NCBI GenBank assembly: GCA_963727585.1
Contig: CAVSHH010000003.1
Location: 738,493 to 802,492 of the forward strand
Length of the DNA: 64,000 nucleotides
Direction: 5' to 3'
Source: an uncultured Chloroflexia bacterium
GTDB lineage: Bacteria; Chloroflexota; Limnocylindria; Limnocylindrales; CSP1-4
This document shows, piece by piece, positions 40,617-49,571 of this stretch. The notes below the pieces were generated by a model. The model was not told the origin of the DNA and did not search any database. It was given only the letters and a program-made list of their open reading frames with translations. The translations under genes and the position numbers were made by a program. Numbering within the stretch: position 1 is the first letter of the stretch; each line of letters opens with the position of its first letter.

Positions 40617-41324
40617 ATGCCGCGCATCCTGGTCGTCGACGACGAGCCCCACATCACCGAGGTCGTGGGGGCATATCTGGTCCGCGATGGCCACGAGGTG
40701 CTCACGGCGGCCGACGGCGACGCCGCTCTCGACCTCGCCCTCAACGGTTCGCCCGATCTCGTGGTTCTCGACGTGATGCTCCCCGGGCGGGGCGGGTTCG
40801 ACGTCCTGCGAGCGCTGCGCCGGGCCGGCAGCGAGGTGCCGGTCGTGATGCTGACGGCGCGCGACGATGTGATCGACCGGGTGGCCGGCCTCGAGATCGG
40901 CGCCGACGACTACGTCACCAAGCCGTTCGAACCCCGGGAGCTGGTCGCCCGGGTGAGCGCCATCCTGCGCCGCACGGGCGGGATCGCGATCGCTCCGCTG
41001 GCGGCAGCCGGCGACGGCCCCGATCCCACCCGCTGGTTCGACCTGCACATCGACACGGCCGCGCGCGAGGTGCGCCGCGGTCCGGGCGCGCTGCCCCTCA
41101 CCCGGGCCGAGTTCGACCTGCTGGTGGCGTTCGTGGAGCGGGCCGGCATCGCCCTCACGCGCGAGCAGCTGGGGGAGCGGGTGTTCGGCGAGGCGTTCGA
41201 CGCCTTCGACCGCACCATGGACAGCCACGTCAAGAACCTCCGCCACAAGCTGGGCTCTCGGCCCGGTGGCGGCGCCTACATCGAGACCGTGCGCGGGGTC
41301 GGCTACCGGGGCGCCCGGCCGTGA
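40617..41324 (+). CDS. OmpR-family response regulator
   Basis: Receiver domain (ILVVDDE...DLVVLDVMLP) plus a winged-helix output domain (VETVRGVGYR). Confidence 0.9.
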   Translation: MPRILVVDDEPHITEVVGAYLVRDGHEVLTAADGDAALDLALNGSPDLVVLDVMLPGRGGFDVLRALRRAGSEVPVVMLTARDDVIDRVAGLEIGADDYVTKPFEPRELVARVSAILRRTGGIAIAPLAAAGDGPDPTRWFDLHIDTAAREVRRGPGALPLTRAEFDLLVAFVERAGIALTREQLGERVFGEAFDAFDRTMDSHVKNLRHKLGSRPGGGAYIETVRGVGYRGARP

Positions 41325-42472
41325 GCCTCCGGGTCCGGCTGGCCGCGGCGATGGCCCTGGTGGCCGTGCTGACAGCTGCGGCCGTCGCACTGGCGGCGCC
41401 GGCCATCGTGGGGCGCGGGTTCGCCACGGCACTGTCCGGGGTGACCGGCGTGCCGGGCGCCGGGCCCGGCGTCGGGCCCGGCGGGATGGGCAATGGCATG
41501 GGACCCGGCGGGGGCGCGGTCGGCGGCATGGGTCCGGGCGCCATGTACTGGCAGCAGGTCCAGCAGGACACCATCGTTGCCCTGCTCCTGGTTGCGGCCG
41601 GGGCCGCCCTGATCGCCTCGCTGGTCGGGGTCGTGATCGCGGCCCGGACCGTGCGACCTCTCGGCCGGCTCCAGGCCACCGCCGACGCGGTCGCGCGCGG
41701 CGACCTCGACGCCCGGTCCGGGCTCGGGGACCGTACCGACGAGATCGGAGCCCTCGGCCGCTCGTTCGATGCCATGGCGGCCGACCTGGGGGCGACCGAG
41801 GCCGCCCGGCGGCGGTTCTTCGCCGACGCGGCCCACGAGCTCAAGACGCCCCTCTCGGTGATCGATGCGACCACGTCCGCCGTGATCGACGGCGTCTACC
41901 GGCACGAGGACCGGCATCTCGGGACGATCCGCGACCAGGCCCGGCTGCTGAGCCGGATCGTGGACGACCTGCGCACCGTGTCGCTCGCCGAGACCGGGTC
42001 GCTGCCGCTCCGGTCGGAGGTCGTGCCGCTGGCGCCGGTCCTGGCCGCCGTGGCCCAGGATCTGGCCGCGCGCGCATCGGTCGCGGGCGTGCGGGTCGAC
42101 GCGACTGACGCCGGCGTTCTCGCCGTGCGCACGGACCCGGACCGGCTGCGCCAGGTGCTCAACGCGCTGGGCGACAACGCCCTCCGCTACGCAGGCCCAG
42201 GGGGCTGGATCCGGCTGTCCGCCGCCGCGGCGACCCCGGGACGAGTGTGGCTGTCGGTGGTCGATTCCGGCCCTGGCATCGCGCAGGCGGACCTGGCCCA
42301 CGTGTTCGATCGCTTCTACCAGGCCGACCAGGCGCGCGACCGGGCGACCGGGACCAGCGGACTGGGGCTCGCCATCGTGCGGGCCCTGGTCGAGGCGTCC
42401 GGTGGGCACGTCCGAGCCGCCAACGAGCCCGGGGCCGGCGCCCGGATCGACCTGGACTTGCCGGCCGCCTGA
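41321..42472 (+). CDS. Sensor histidine kinase (HAMP + HisKA + HATPase)
   Basis: H-box AAHELKTPLSVI. N, G1 and G2 boxes present. Two TM helices flank a periplasmic loop. Confidence 0.85.
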   Translation: MSLRVRLAAAMALVAVLTAAAVALAAPAIVGRGFATALSGVTGVPGAGPGVGPGGMGNGMGPGGGAVGGMGPGAMYWQQVQQDTIVALLLVAAGAALIASLVGVVIAARTVRPLGRLQATADAVARGDLDARSGLGDRTDEIGALGRSFDAMAADLGATEAARRRFFADAAHELKTPLSVIDATTSAVIDGVYRHEDRHLGTIRDQARLLSRIVDDLRTVSLAETGSLPLRSEVVPLAPVLAAVAQDLAARASVAGVRVDATDAGVLAVRTDPDRLRQVLNALGDNALRYAGPGGWIRLSAAAATPGRVWLSVVDSGPGIAQADLAHVFDRFYQADQARDRATGTSGLGLAIVRALVEASGGHVRAANEPGAGARIDLDLPAA

Positions 42473-42702
42473 GCCGGGCGTCCCGGCCGGCTCAGCTCGC
42501 GGGAGCGGCAGGCACCGGGTCGACGTGCCGGCGGCGCCACCGGCTGACGAGCCAGATCGCCGCGACCATCAGGGCCGCCACGTCGGCGAAGCCCAGGATC
42601 GCCTCCACCGGCGGCGACACGTCGCACGGTGCCGGTGACGTGACGATGCGCATGTCCGGTCGGGTCCGGGTCCCGGTCCGATCATGACCTCCGGCCCGAG
42701 TC

Positions 42703-42745
42703 TGATATATGTCACAAGCATATAGATATGCATGACAGACATCAG
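42703..42745. promoter_or_regulatory. AT-rich imperfect inverted repeat overlapping the ArsR start (putative ArsR/SmtB operator)
   Basis: tgatATATGTCAcaagcatatagATATGCATGACAgac in an otherwise 70% GC context. Confidence 0.5.
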
Positions 42746-43135
42746 CGCATTGGCAGGAGCCACGTGTTCGACCCCGTCAGCGAGATTGACCTGATCCAGA
42801 TCGGGCTCATCCGGGCGCTCGCCGGCACACACCGGCTGCGGATCGTCCACCTCCTCGGTGCGCAGCGGATGGAGGTGCGGGAGCTGGCCCTGGCGCTCGA
42901 CCTCCCACAGGCCACTGTCTCGCAGAACCTCGCCGCCATGCGGGCCGCCGGGCTGGTGGAGGCGACCCGTGAGGGCCGTACCGTCACCTATCGCCTCGCC
43001 GATCCCGAGATCCTCGCCGCCTGCGACCTCATGCGCAGCGTCATCATGCGACGGCTCTCGGCCATGGGCAGCCTCGCGGCGGCCGCCAACGATGTCCCGG
43101 CCATTCCCCAACCCGCGCAGGTGACCCACCGATGA
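42728..43135 (+). CDS. ArsR/SmtB-family transcriptional regulator with a single Cys
   Basis: HTH (RLRIVHLLGAQRMEVRELALALDLPQATVSQNLAAMRAAGLV). Alternative GTG start at 42764. Confidence 0.8.
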   Translation: MHDRHQRIGRSHVFDPVSEIDLIQIGLIRALAGTHRLRIVHLLGAQRMEVRELALALDLPQATVSQNLAAMRAAGLVEATREGRTVTYRLADPEILAACDLMRSVIMRRLSAMGSLAAAANDVPAIPQPAQVTHR

Positions 43136-43542
43136 GCGACGCGCCTCTCAACCTCGTCCTGTTCTCCGGGACCGCCGACAAGCTGCATGCGGCGGCCACG
43201 CTGGCCGCCGGCGCGGCGGCCATGGACCGGCCGGTGAACATCCTGCTCCAGTACTGGGCTCTCGACGCGTTCCGCACCGAGCGGCTGGCCGAGAGCCACG
43301 GCCTGGCCTGGGACAGCACCGCCGACGGTGCCAGCCGCCCGGTCAACGGTGTCCGATCCATTCCCTGGCTGGACACGTTCCGGATGGCCAAGGAGCTCGG
43401 GACGATCTCGATCAACGCCTGCTCGGGCTCGCTCGACACGCTCGGGATCGAGGTCACCGAGCTCGACCCGATCGTGGACTCCGCCGGCGGGATCGCCACC
43501 TTCCTCATGACCGCCGACGACGGTCAGATCGTCTTCATCTAG
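43132..43542 (+). CDS. DsrE/DsrF-like sulfur-relay family protein
   Basis: LVLFSGTADKLHAA...INACSGS. ATGA overlap with arsR. Confidence 0.65.
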   Translation: MSDAPLNLVLFSGTADKLHAAATLAAGAAAMDRPVNILLQYWALDAFRTERLAESHGLAWDSTADGASRPVNGVRSIPWLDTFRMAKELGTISINACSGSLDTLGIEVTELDPIVDSAGGIATFLMTADDGQIVFI

Positions 43543-43570
43543 CCCGCGTCGGGAGCAGCAAGGAGCCCCA

Positions 43571-43939
43571 ATGGCCGACAACGAGAAGCTGGTGTTCATG
43601 GTCACGCACGGTCCCGACCACCCGGAGCACGCCACGATCCCGTTCGTGATGGCGGCGGCCGCGCTGGCGTCCGACGTGGCCGTCTCGATCGGCCTCCAGG
43701 CCGACGCCGTGACGATCGTCAAGCGGGGCGTCGCCGAGACCGTCGAGGCACCGGGCTTCCCACCCCTGGCCAAGCTGCTGGCCGACGTCCGCGAGCTGGG
43801 AGCCTCCCTGCTCGTCTGCAACCCGTGTCTCAAGAGCCGGGGCATCGCCCCGGACGAGCTCGTCGAGGGTGCCGAGATCGTCGCGGCCGCCCGCTTCGTC
43901 GTCGAGCTGACCTCTGCCACCAACGCGCTGTCCTACTAG
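43571..43939 (+). CDS. DsrE-family protein (TusD/DsrE-like, Cys-containing)
   Basis: LVFMVTHGPDHPE...LLVCNPCLKSRG. Confidence 0.7.
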   Translation: MADNEKLVFMVTHGPDHPEHATIPFVMAAAALASDVAVSIGLQADAVTIVKRGVAETVEAPGFPPLAKLLADVRELGASLLVCNPCLKSRGIAPDELVEGAEIVAAARFVVELTSATNALSY

Positions 43940-43954
43940 GAGGATTCCAGCACC

Positions 43955-44215
43955 ATGACCACCACCGCGACCGAGCTCGAGGCCATCACCGACGCTGCTG
44001 TCATCGACGCACGGGGCACCGCCTGCCCCGGCCCGCTGCTCGAGGCCAAGAAGGGCATGACCGGCGTTCCCGTGGGATCGACGATCGAGATCTGGTCGAC
44101 CGACCCCGCCACCAAGAACGACATCTCGGCCTGGTCCGCCAAGGTCGGGCACGACTTCCTGGGCGTGCTCGAGGCCGACGGCTACGACCGCGTGTTCGTC
44201 GTCCGCCGCAAGTAG
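43955..44215 (+). CDS. tusA: TusA-like sulfurtransferase
   Basis: IDARGTACPGPLLEAKKGM, the canonical CPxP motif. Confidence 0.8.
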   Translation: MTTTATELEAITDAAVIDARGTACPGPLLEAKKGMTGVPVGSTIEIWSTDPATKNDISAWSAKVGHDFLGVLEADGYDRVFVVRRK

Positions 44216-44300
44216 CCAACCCATTCCAGGTCGCCGCGGCGCGCTGCCACTTCGGGGGAGGCGCGTCGCGGCGGCACCACCGCGCAGGAGCCAGGCGTCG

Positions 44301-44756
44301 ATGACCGTACCCGTCGCGACGGAGCCACCCGCACCCGGGGACACGTTCACCCCCCGGATCCTCGTGTTCTCCACCAACAACATCAGTGACCCCGGCATCG
44401 ACTTGGCCGGCAGCTCCCACATGCACTACTCGCCCGGCGTGAACGTGATCGGGCTGCCGTGCACCAGCGGCATCCGCCCATCGTGGATCGTCCACGCGTT
44501 CGAGGCCGGGTTCGACGGCGTGTTCATCGCCACGGACGGCGAGGAGTGCTCGTACCTGCCCGATTGCGCCAAGCGCTCCAACCGGATCGTGCAGAGCGCC
44601 CAGAAGACCCTCAAGGAGCGTGGCCTGGACGCCGGCCGCGTCCGGGTCGCGGCGATCTGCTCGGTCTGCGCCGAACCGTTCACCAAGCACATGGTCACGT
44701 TCGCCGAGGCGCTCAAGGGGATGGGTCACGCCACGTTCCAGGGAGCAGCCCGATGA
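44301..44756 (+). CDS. MvhD/FlpD-like hydrogenase iron-sulfur subunit domain protein
   Basis: PRILVFSTNN...GVNVIGLPCTSGIRPSWIVHAFEAGFDGVFIATDGEECSYLPDC resembles pfam02662. Confidence 0.6.
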   Translation: MTVPVATEPPAPGDTFTPRILVFSTNNISDPGIDLAGSSHMHYSPGVNVIGLPCTSGIRPSWIVHAFEAGFDGVFIATDGEECSYLPDCAKRSNRIVQSAQKTLKERGLDAGRVRVAAICSVCAEPFTKHMVTFAEALKGMGHATFQGAAR

Positions 44757-47527
44757 CCGAGACGCTCGACGTCTGCGCGACGCGCGACGAGACGGCCCCG
44801 CTCGACTACGACGTGCTCGTGGTGGGCGCCGGCATCGGCGGCATGGAGTCCGCGCTCAAGCTGGGCGACATGGGCTACAAGGTCCTGCTCGTGGAGAAGG
44901 AGGCCTCGGTCGGCGGCAAGATGATCCTGCTGTCCAAGGTGTTCCCCACGCTCGACTGCGCGTCCTGCATCTCGACGCCCAAGATGGCCTCGACGATCCA
45001 CCACCCGAACATCACCCCCTACACCTACAGCCACGTCGACTCGATCAAGACCCGGGCCGACGGCTCGTTCACGGCCACGGTGATCCGCCAGGCCCGGTTC
45101 GTCGACATCGACGCCTGCACCGGGTGCCAGAAGTGCGAGACGGCCTGCACGGTCGCGGTGCCCGACCAGTTCAACGCCGACCTGGTCGCCCGGCGCGCGG
45201 CGCACATCACGTTCCCCCAGGCGGTGCCCAAGAAGGCCGTCATCGACCGCCAGGGCTCCTCGCCCTGCTCGTTTGCCTGTCCGGCCGGCATCGCCGCCCA
45301 CGGCTACGTGAGCCTCATCCGCAGCGGGCTCGACGAGGAGGCCTACCGGCTGGTGCTCGAGGCGACCCCGCTCGTCGGCACCCTCGGGCGCGCCTGCTAT
45401 GCGCCGTGCGAGGGCGAGTGCACCCGGGGCAGCCTGGAGGGAACGCTGCCGATCCGCCGTCTCAAGCGGTTCGCCTCCGACGCGCACGACGCGTCGGGCA
45501 GCGACAACGGGATCGAGCTTCCCGAGCCCAACGGCAAGCGGGTCGCGATCGTCGGCTCCGGGCCCACCGGCCTGACCGCCGCCTTCCAGCTCGCCCGCCG
45601 AGGATACGGCGTCAAGATGTTCGAGGCGGCCCCGGTCGCCGGCGGGTTCCTGCGCCTGGGCATCCCGGCCTACCGCCTGCCTGCCGCGGTCGTCGAGCGT
45701 GACATCGAGAACGTCACCGGGCTGGGCGTCGAGATCGCCGTCAACACCCCGGTCAATGACCCTGGCGCCCTGCGGGCCGACGGCTTCGACGCTGTGCTGG
45801 TGGCGACCGGCACCCACCGGTCGACCGGCCTGGGCGTGCCCGGCGAGGACCGCCTGGGTGTCATGGGCGGCACCGACTTCCTGCGCAAGGTCAACCTCGG
45901 CGAGCCGATGGATGTCGCCGGCAGGCGCGTGGTCGTGGTCGGCGGCGGCAACGTCGCGATGGACGCCGCGCGCGTCGCCCGCCGGCTGGGGGCCGCCTCG
46001 GTGACGGTCGCCTACCGGCGGTCGCGCGACGAGATGCCCGCCCACCACGTGGAGTCGGTGGACGCGGAGAAGGAGGGGGTCCAGTTCCGCCTCCTGGTCG
46101 CCCCGGCCGAGGTCATCGGCAACGCCGACGGTGCGGTCACCGGCCTTCGCTGCACCGAGATGCGTCTGGGCGCTCCCGATGCCTCGGGCCGCAAGTCGGT
46201 CCAGCCTGTCCCGGGCTCCTCGGTCACCATCGGCGCCGACCTGATCGTCGCCGCCATCGGCATGAAGCCCGACACCACCGCCTTCGGCGACCGGGTCGCG
46301 GTCCTGCCCAACGGGCGGCTCGCGGTCGACACGGCCAGCTGCCAGACCGCCGTCGAGCACGTGTTCGCCGCGGGCGACGCGGTCAACGGGCCCACCGACA
46401 TCACCCGGGCCGTGGGCGAGGGCCGCAAGGCCGCGTACCAGATCGACGCCTGGCTCAACGATCGCCCGTTCGACAGCTGGGACGACCGGCTGCCGGTGGT
46501 CGACAAGGAGCAGGTGCTGGCCCGCCAGAAGGCGTACACGGCCTCTGCGCCCACGCCCGACGGCATGGATCTGCAGCCGAGGCCCACCGACTTCCACGAG
46601 ATCGAGGCGCCGCTCACCGAGGCCGAAGCCCGGCGCGCCTCCGGCCGGTGCATCGACTGTGCCACCTGCTCCGAGTGCCGCGAGTGCGTCAACGCCTGCC
46701 CCGTCGACGGCTGCATCGACCTCCGCGCCACCGACCAGGAGCAGGAGATCCGGGTGGGGGCCGTCGTGGTCTCGACAGGGTTCAAGCTGTTCCCGGCCGA
46801 CCTCAAGCCGGAGTATGGGTACGGCGTGTACAACAACGTCATCACCGGGATGCAGATGGACCGGCTGCTCGCCCCGACGCGACCGTTCAACACCATCCTG
46901 CGGCCGGGCGATGGCAAGGTCCCCGAGCGGATCGCGTACATCCTGTGCACCGGGTCGCGCGACCAGACCGTCGGCAACCCGCTCTGCTCGCGCTTCTGCT
47001 GCATGTACTCGATCAAGCAGAACCAGCTGCTCATGGGGGCCCTGCCGCTGGCCGACGTGACCGTCCACTACATGGACATCCGCGCCCCCGGCAAGCGCTA
47101 CGACGAGTTCTACGAGCAGGCCAAGGCAATGGGCGCCAACTACGTGAAGGGCCGCGTCGCGGACGTCACGGAGACGCCCGCCGGCGACCTGGTGCTCAAG
47201 TACGAGGACATCGAGAACGGCGGCGCGATCACCGAGGCCGAGTACGACCTGGTCGTGCTCGCGGTGGGCGTGCAGCCCAACAGGGACGCCGAGCGGCTGT
47301 TCAACGTCGGCGAGCTGGCACTCGACGAGTGGCGGTACGTCGACGAGCCGGAGGAGGACGTGAACCCGGGCCAGACCAGCATCCCGGGCGTCTACGTGGC
47401 GGGGGCCGCGTCGGGCGCCAAGGACATCGCGGACTCGATCCTCCACGCGGGCGCGGCGGTGGCCCAGGTCGCCGCTCACCTCGAGCGGACCAAGCCGCTG
47501 CCGACGATCGAGATGGTGCCGGCATGA
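44753..47527 (+). CDS. HdrA-like flavoprotein with an inserted GltD-like NAD(P)H-dependent oxidoreductase module (QmoA-like + GltD)
   Basis: N-terminal HdrA FAD domain (VLVVGAGIGGMESAL...EKEASVGGKM), then a GltD Fe-S domain and two Rossmann folds (KRVAIVGSGPTGL...VVVVGGGNVAMD...AAGDAV), then the HdrA C-terminal ferredoxin and CSRFCCMYS signature. Confidence 0.8.
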   Translation: MTETLDVCATRDETAPLDYDVLVVGAGIGGMESALKLGDMGYKVLLVEKEASVGGKMILLSKVFPTLDCASCISTPKMASTIHHPNITPYTYSHVDSIKTRADGSFTATVIRQARFVDIDACTGCQKCETACTVAVPDQFNADLVARRAAHITFPQAVPKKAVIDRQGSSPCSFACPAGIAAHGYVSLIRSGLDEEAYRLVLEATPLVGTLGRACYAPCEGECTRGSLEGTLPIRRLKRFASDAHDASGSDNGIELPEPNGKRVAIVGSGPTGLTAAFQLARRGYGVKMFEAAPVAGGFLRLGIPAYRLPAAVVERDIENVTGLGVEIAVNTPVNDPGALRADGFDAVLVATGTHRSTGLGVPGEDRLGVMGGTDFLRKVNLGEPMDVAGRRVVVVGGGNVAMDAARVARRLGAASVTVAYRRSRDEMPAHHVESVDAEKEGVQFRLLVAPAEVIGNADGAVTGLRCTEMRLGAPDASGRKSVQPVPGSSVTIGADLIVAAIGMKPDTTAFGDRVAVLPNGRLAVDTASCQTAVEHVFAAGDAVNGPTDITRAVGEGRKAAYQIDAWLNDRPFDSWDDRLPVVDKEQVLARQKAYTASAPTPDGMDLQPRPTDFHEIEAPLTEAEARRASGRCIDCATCSECRECVNACPVDGCIDLRATDQEQEIRVGAVVVSTGFKLFPADLKPEYGYGVYNNVITGMQMDRLLAPTRPFNTILRPGDGKVPERIAYILCTGSRDQTVGNPLCSRFCCMYSIKQNQLLMGALPLADVTVHYMDIRAPGKRYDEFYEQAKAMGANYVKGRVADVTETPAGDLVLKYEDIENGGAITEAEYDLVVLAVGVQPNRDAERLFNVGELALDEWRYVDEPEEDVNPGQTSIPGVYVAGAASGAKDIADSILHAGAAVAQVAAHLERTKPLPTIEMVPA

Positions 47528-49326
47528 GCGAGCAGCAGCTGCCCGCCGGCACGCGGCCGGTCGTCGCGGCGCCCGAGGGCAACAGCGAGGGTGGGGCCGG
47601 CGGACGCCGGATCGGCGTCTACGTCTGTCACTGCGGCGGCAACATCTCGGACTACGTCGACGTGGACAAGGTCATCGACGGGATCAAGGACGACGGCGAC
47701 GTCGTGGTGTCCCGGACCACGATGTTCGCCTGCTCCGACGCGTCGCAGCAGGAGATCGAGGCCGACATCAGGACCAACGACCTCGACGGCCTGGTCGTCG
47801 CCTCGTGCTCGCCCAAGCTCCACACCTACACCTTCCGGGGAGTAGCCTCGCGAGCCGGGCTGAACCCCTACGAGTACACCCAGGTCAACATCCGGGAGCA
47901 GTGCTCCTGGGTCCACACCGACGACCACGAGGGCGCCACGGCCAAGGCCACCGCGCTCGTCGCGGCCGGCATCGGGCGGACACGGAACACCGTGCCGCTC
48001 GAGCCGATGGTCGTGGACACGATCCCGCACACGCTCGTCGTCGGGGGTGGCATCGCCGGTCTCCGGGCTGCGATCGGCCTGTCCGACATCGGTCTCAAGG
48101 TCACCCTCATCGAGCGCGAGCTCGAGCTGGGTGGCTGGGTCCGCGAGCTGGGCCCGATGTACCCCCACGACCGCAAGGGCGCCGACCTGATCGAGGGCCT
48201 GGTCGCCGAGGTCCACAAGCGCGAGGCGATCACCGTCCTCACCGGGACCGAGCTGGCCGGCAAGTCCGGCAGCTTCGGCAACTACCGCGTCAGTCTCCGG
48301 GTCGGGGGCGAGGGCGCAGGCACGATCGACGTCGCGGTGGGCACGATCGTCGTGGCCACCGGCTTCGACGAGTACCGGCCCGAGGAGGGCGAGCTCGGCT
48401 TCGGGCTCGACGGTGTCGTCACCCTGTCGCAGTTCAAGGCACTGGTGGACGGATCCGAGCGGGAACGCCTCGCCTGGAACGGCCGCCCGGTCCGCAGCGT
48501 GGCCTACGTCTATTGCGTCGGCAGTCGCGGCACGGCCGGCTGCGCGAACCAGTACTGCTCCCGGTTCTGCTGCGCGGCAACGGTGCAGACTGCGGTGCAG
48601 GTCTCGGGCCTGGACCCGTCTATCCGCCAGTTCCATCTCTACCGCGACATGCGGACCTACGGCAAGTTCGAGCCGCTGTACACCGAGGCCCGCGACCGCG
48701 GGTCGGTGTTCCTCAAGTTCGACAACGACGAGCCACCGGTGGTCGCGACGGCTCCTGGCGGATCGCTCACCGTGACCGTCCGGGACCTGCTCACCGAGCG
48801 GACCCAGCTCGATCTGCCGGTCGATCTCGTGGTCCTCGTCACGGGCATGGTCCCGCGCGAGAACCAGGGGCTGGTCGACATCCTCAAGCTGCCGGCCGGC
48901 AGCGACGGGTTCTTCAACGAGATCCATCCCAAGCTGCGGCCGGTCGAGACCGTGGTCGACGGCGTGCTGATCGCGGGCGCCTGCCAGGGCCCCAAGACGT
49001 CGGCCGAGTCGGTCACCTCGGGCCTGGCCGCCGTGACCCAGAGCGCCGCGATCCTCAAGAAGGGCTTCACCGAGCTCGATCCGCTGGTGGCGGTCGTCGA
49101 GCCCGATGCCTGCACGGCCTGCGGCGACTGCCTCACGGCGTGTCCCTATGACGCGATCTCGATGGCCGAGGGGGCCGACCGGCACATCGCGGCCATCAGC
49201 GCCACCGGCTGCAAGGGCTGCGGCGGCTGCGTGCCGATCTGTCCCGAGAACGCGATCGACCTGCTCGGCTACACCGACGCCGAGATCACCTCGATGATCG
49301 AGGGCCTGGTGGAGGTGCCCGTCTGA
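47524..49326 (+). CDS. hdrA: Heterodisulfide reductase subunit A-like protein (HdrA/QmoB-like)
   Basis: N-terminal Cys cluster VYVCHCGGNI...MFACSD...VVASCSPK. FAD domain LVVGGGIAGLRAA. C-terminal 2x[4Fe-4S] CTACGDCLTACP / CKGCGGCVPICP. Confidence 0.85.
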   Translation: MSEQQLPAGTRPVVAAPEGNSEGGAGGRRIGVYVCHCGGNISDYVDVDKVIDGIKDDGDVVVSRTTMFACSDASQQEIEADIRTNDLDGLVVASCSPKLHTYTFRGVASRAGLNPYEYTQVNIREQCSWVHTDDHEGATAKATALVAAGIGRTRNTVPLEPMVVDTIPHTLVVGGGIAGLRAAIGLSDIGLKVTLIERELELGGWVRELGPMYPHDRKGADLIEGLVAEVHKREAITVLTGTELAGKSGSFGNYRVSLRVGGEGAGTIDVAVGTIVVATGFDEYRPEEGELGFGLDGVVTLSQFKALVDGSERERLAWNGRPVRSVAYVYCVGSRGTAGCANQYCSRFCCAATVQTAVQVSGLDPSIRQFHLYRDMRTYGKFEPLYTEARDRGSVFLKFDNDEPPVVATAPGGSLTVTVRDLLTERTQLDLPVDLVVLVTGMVPRENQGLVDILKLPAGSDGFFNEIHPKLRPVETVVDGVLIAGACQGPKTSAESVTSGLAAVTQSAAILKKGFTELDPLVAVVEPDACTACGDCLTACPYDAISMAEGADRHIAAISATGCKGCGGCVPICPENAIDLLGYTDAEITSMIEGLVEVPV

Positions 49327-49571
49327 TGACTGTCGCGAACCGGGACATCCGGGAGGTGATCCGGGAGGAGCCCGTGATGCGTCCCAGGATCCTTGCCGCG
49401 CTGGCGGGCGGACCGCTGTCCGTGCCCCAGATCGCCGAGGCGATCGGCGCCCCGACCCACGAGGTCGTGTTCTGGGTCATGGGGATGCGCCGCTACGGCT
49501 GGCTGGCGGAGATCAAGGGGTCCGACGCCGACGGCTTCTTCACCTACGAGACCACGGGGCGGAACCACTGA
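49326..49571 (+). CDS. Small winged-helix DNA-binding-like protein (hypothetical)
   Basis: 81 aa; start/stop overlap both neighbours; helix-turn-helix-like PRILAALAGGPLSVPQIAEAIGAPTHEV. Confidence 0.45.
   Translation: MTVANRDIREVIREEPVMRPRILAALAGGPLSVPQIAEAIGAPTHEVVFWVMGMRRYGWLAEIKGSDADGFFTYETTGRNH

Noticed and set aside
44459-47527. N-terminal 98-aa extension of the HdrA-GltD ORF (and similar extensions of 46648-49326, 39768-41324, 50053-51288)
   Set aside because: The extensions are basic low-complexity runs across upstream genes. Conserved N-termini and ATGA/TGATG coupling define the real starts.
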